Source: Octopus sinensis
Taxonomy: Eukaryota
NCBI RefSeq assembly: GCF_006345805.1
Contig: NC_042999.1
Span: 67,084,001-67,148,000 of the forward strand
Direction of reading: 5' to 3'
Length of the DNA stretch: 64,000 bases
How positions within the stretch are numbered: the first letter of the stretch is position 1; every line of letters begins with the position of its first letter. Made by a program: the position numbers and the translations under genes. Below, piece by piece: positions 62,122 to 64,000 of the stretch. Below the pieces are notes generated by a model. The model made no database searches and was not told where the DNA came from. It was given only the letters and a program-made list of their open reading frames with translations.

Positions 62122-64000
62122 CATCATCATCATCATCATAGTTTAACGTCCATTTTCCATGCTAGCATAGGTTGGACGGTTTGACCCGGGTCTGGGAAGG
62201 CAGGAGGCTGCACCAGGTTCCAATCTTGATCTGGCAGAGTTTCTACAGCTGGATGCCCTTCCTAACGCCAACCACTCCGTGAGTGTAGTGGGTGCTTTTT
62301 ACGTGCCACCGGCACGGAAGCCACGTACAGATAGTGCTTTTTACGTGCCAGGGTAGGCTGGCAATAGCCACGATTGGTTGGTGCTTTGTACATGCCACCG
62401 GCATGGAAGCCAGTCAAGGTGGCGCTGGCATCGGCCATGTACAGATGGTGCTTTTTAGGTGCCATATATATATAATACACACACACACACATACATACAC
62501 ATCTATGTGTGTGTGTATGTGTAGTTATATTTTGGGATGGTCATTTTTTTTTTGCCAAATAAACACTTCATTTGTTTATTATTGTTCTTATTTTATGTCC
62601 ATTATCTTTTGTCACACGTCCTATGACCTCTTCAGCTACTCTCCACCCACGTGTTTCTTGTAAGCATTTGTGCCTAGTGTCTGGCCTGAAGATATCTTCC
62701 TTCTTTCAGCCCACCTGTTTGGGAGGCCCTGAAAAGGGCCATTGGTATTTCTCTGACTGAGGTGGATCCCTGTTGTTTAATGATAAGGATTCAGTTGTTT
62801 GATATACTGAATTAACGTATAAGTGGCTGAGTATTCCACAGACATGTGTACCCTTGAAATAGATGTATGGCTGAATCAGCTTGGCATAGTGTATGACGAG
62901 GCTGTAACTTTTTAGTTATAGATGCCATTCCACCTGATTGTACCTATACATTTTCCATCTACCCAATTTCACTCACCATTCGAGCGTGATCGTTGCCAGA
63001 GCGGCTATCCGGCCTCCATGCCTGTGGCACATAAAAGACACCATTCAAGCGCGATCGTTACTAGCATCGCCTTACTGGTACCTGTGCCGGTGGCATGTGT
63101 AAAAGATTCAAGCGAGGTCATTGCCAGTGCTGCCTGACTGGCCCCGTGCCATTGGCACATAAAAGCACCTGCTACACTCTCGGAGTGGTTGGTGTTAAGA
63201 AGGGCATCCAGCTGTAGAAACTCTGCCAGATCAAGATTGAAGCCTGGTGCAGCCATCTGGTTTGCCAGCCCTCAGTCATATGTCCAACCCATGCTAGCAT
63301 GGAAAACGGATGTTAAACGATGTTGATGATGAACGTATGAATTGGCCCAATATGTAATACTGTAGAATCAAACCCACTTCATGGTTGTGAAACAAACTTC
63401 TTAGCCATTTGGCCAAACTCCTTTAAGACATACAAAATCAAAAAAAAAAAAAAATATCTTAGAAGTGTTATAACCAGAGTTAATCAGATACCATATTCAC
63501 ACTCAATTCTTGGCATTAGTTCTCTGTAACTCATTGCAATAATTGTTTCCTGATGATCTGTTCTGGTGAAGCATCCACATACACTTGAAACACCCAGTGC
63601 CTGGTTCCAAGTAACCAGAATGGTGAAATGTACATAGGAACTGATAATACAAGCTTGTGCTTATCTTAATTTCTCCTGAGTATTAACTAAGCACTTGGTG
63701 ATCACATCATCTAAATCTCAAAGCTACAAGATAATTCATGATTAATCCAAAACAATGTGAATAAATAAGCATTAGATTTGGCAGAATAATCTGAATGGTA
63801 AAGAGTTACAGGAGGTGGTTTGGCTGGATCATTTGAGCATTGCGAAACATGGCAATAAAATAAAATTATCAGAGAATTAGTGGGGTTGATTTAATAAATT
63901 ATACTCTACTCCTCCCTCCAAATTCATGGCGTTTTTCTAATGTGGGAAAGTTGTACATGTTATTGTCAATAATCAAACAGTTACCGATATTATTTTCAAA

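Overview
AT-rich, repeat-dense animal genomic DNA; the tRNA-headed SINEs, RTE LINE fragments, (TA)n/(CA)n/(ATT)n tracts and very large introns fit an octopus/coleoid cephalopod best (inference). One host gene is supportable: the 5' end of a leukotriene A4 hydrolase/M1 aminopeptidase (LTA4H-like) on +, with coding exon 1 at 11495-11659 and exon 2 at 33318-33457; I could not find exon 3, so most of the window is probably intron. The main insert is a near-complete L1/Tx1-clade LINE (49690-55226) with an uninterrupted 1144-aa ORF2 and an ORF1 broken only at two A-runs. Also present: several SINE families, non-autonomous Helitrons, Merlin-, hAT- and piggyBac-like MITEs, and RTE, CR1/L2, R4/Dong and pogo fossils. 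Best leads: (1) a SINE subfamily shares its 3' tail with the Tx1 LINE and all six copies end at an RGTA junction with a TSD; (2) a 158-bp palindrome of two Penelope-type minimal hammerhead-like motifs; (3) a headless (TAA)n-embedded element that may parasitise R4/Dong; (4) a duplicated 45-nt poison-exon-like module and several intronic hairpins. Nearly all short ORFs in the track are microsatellite or repeat artefacts.
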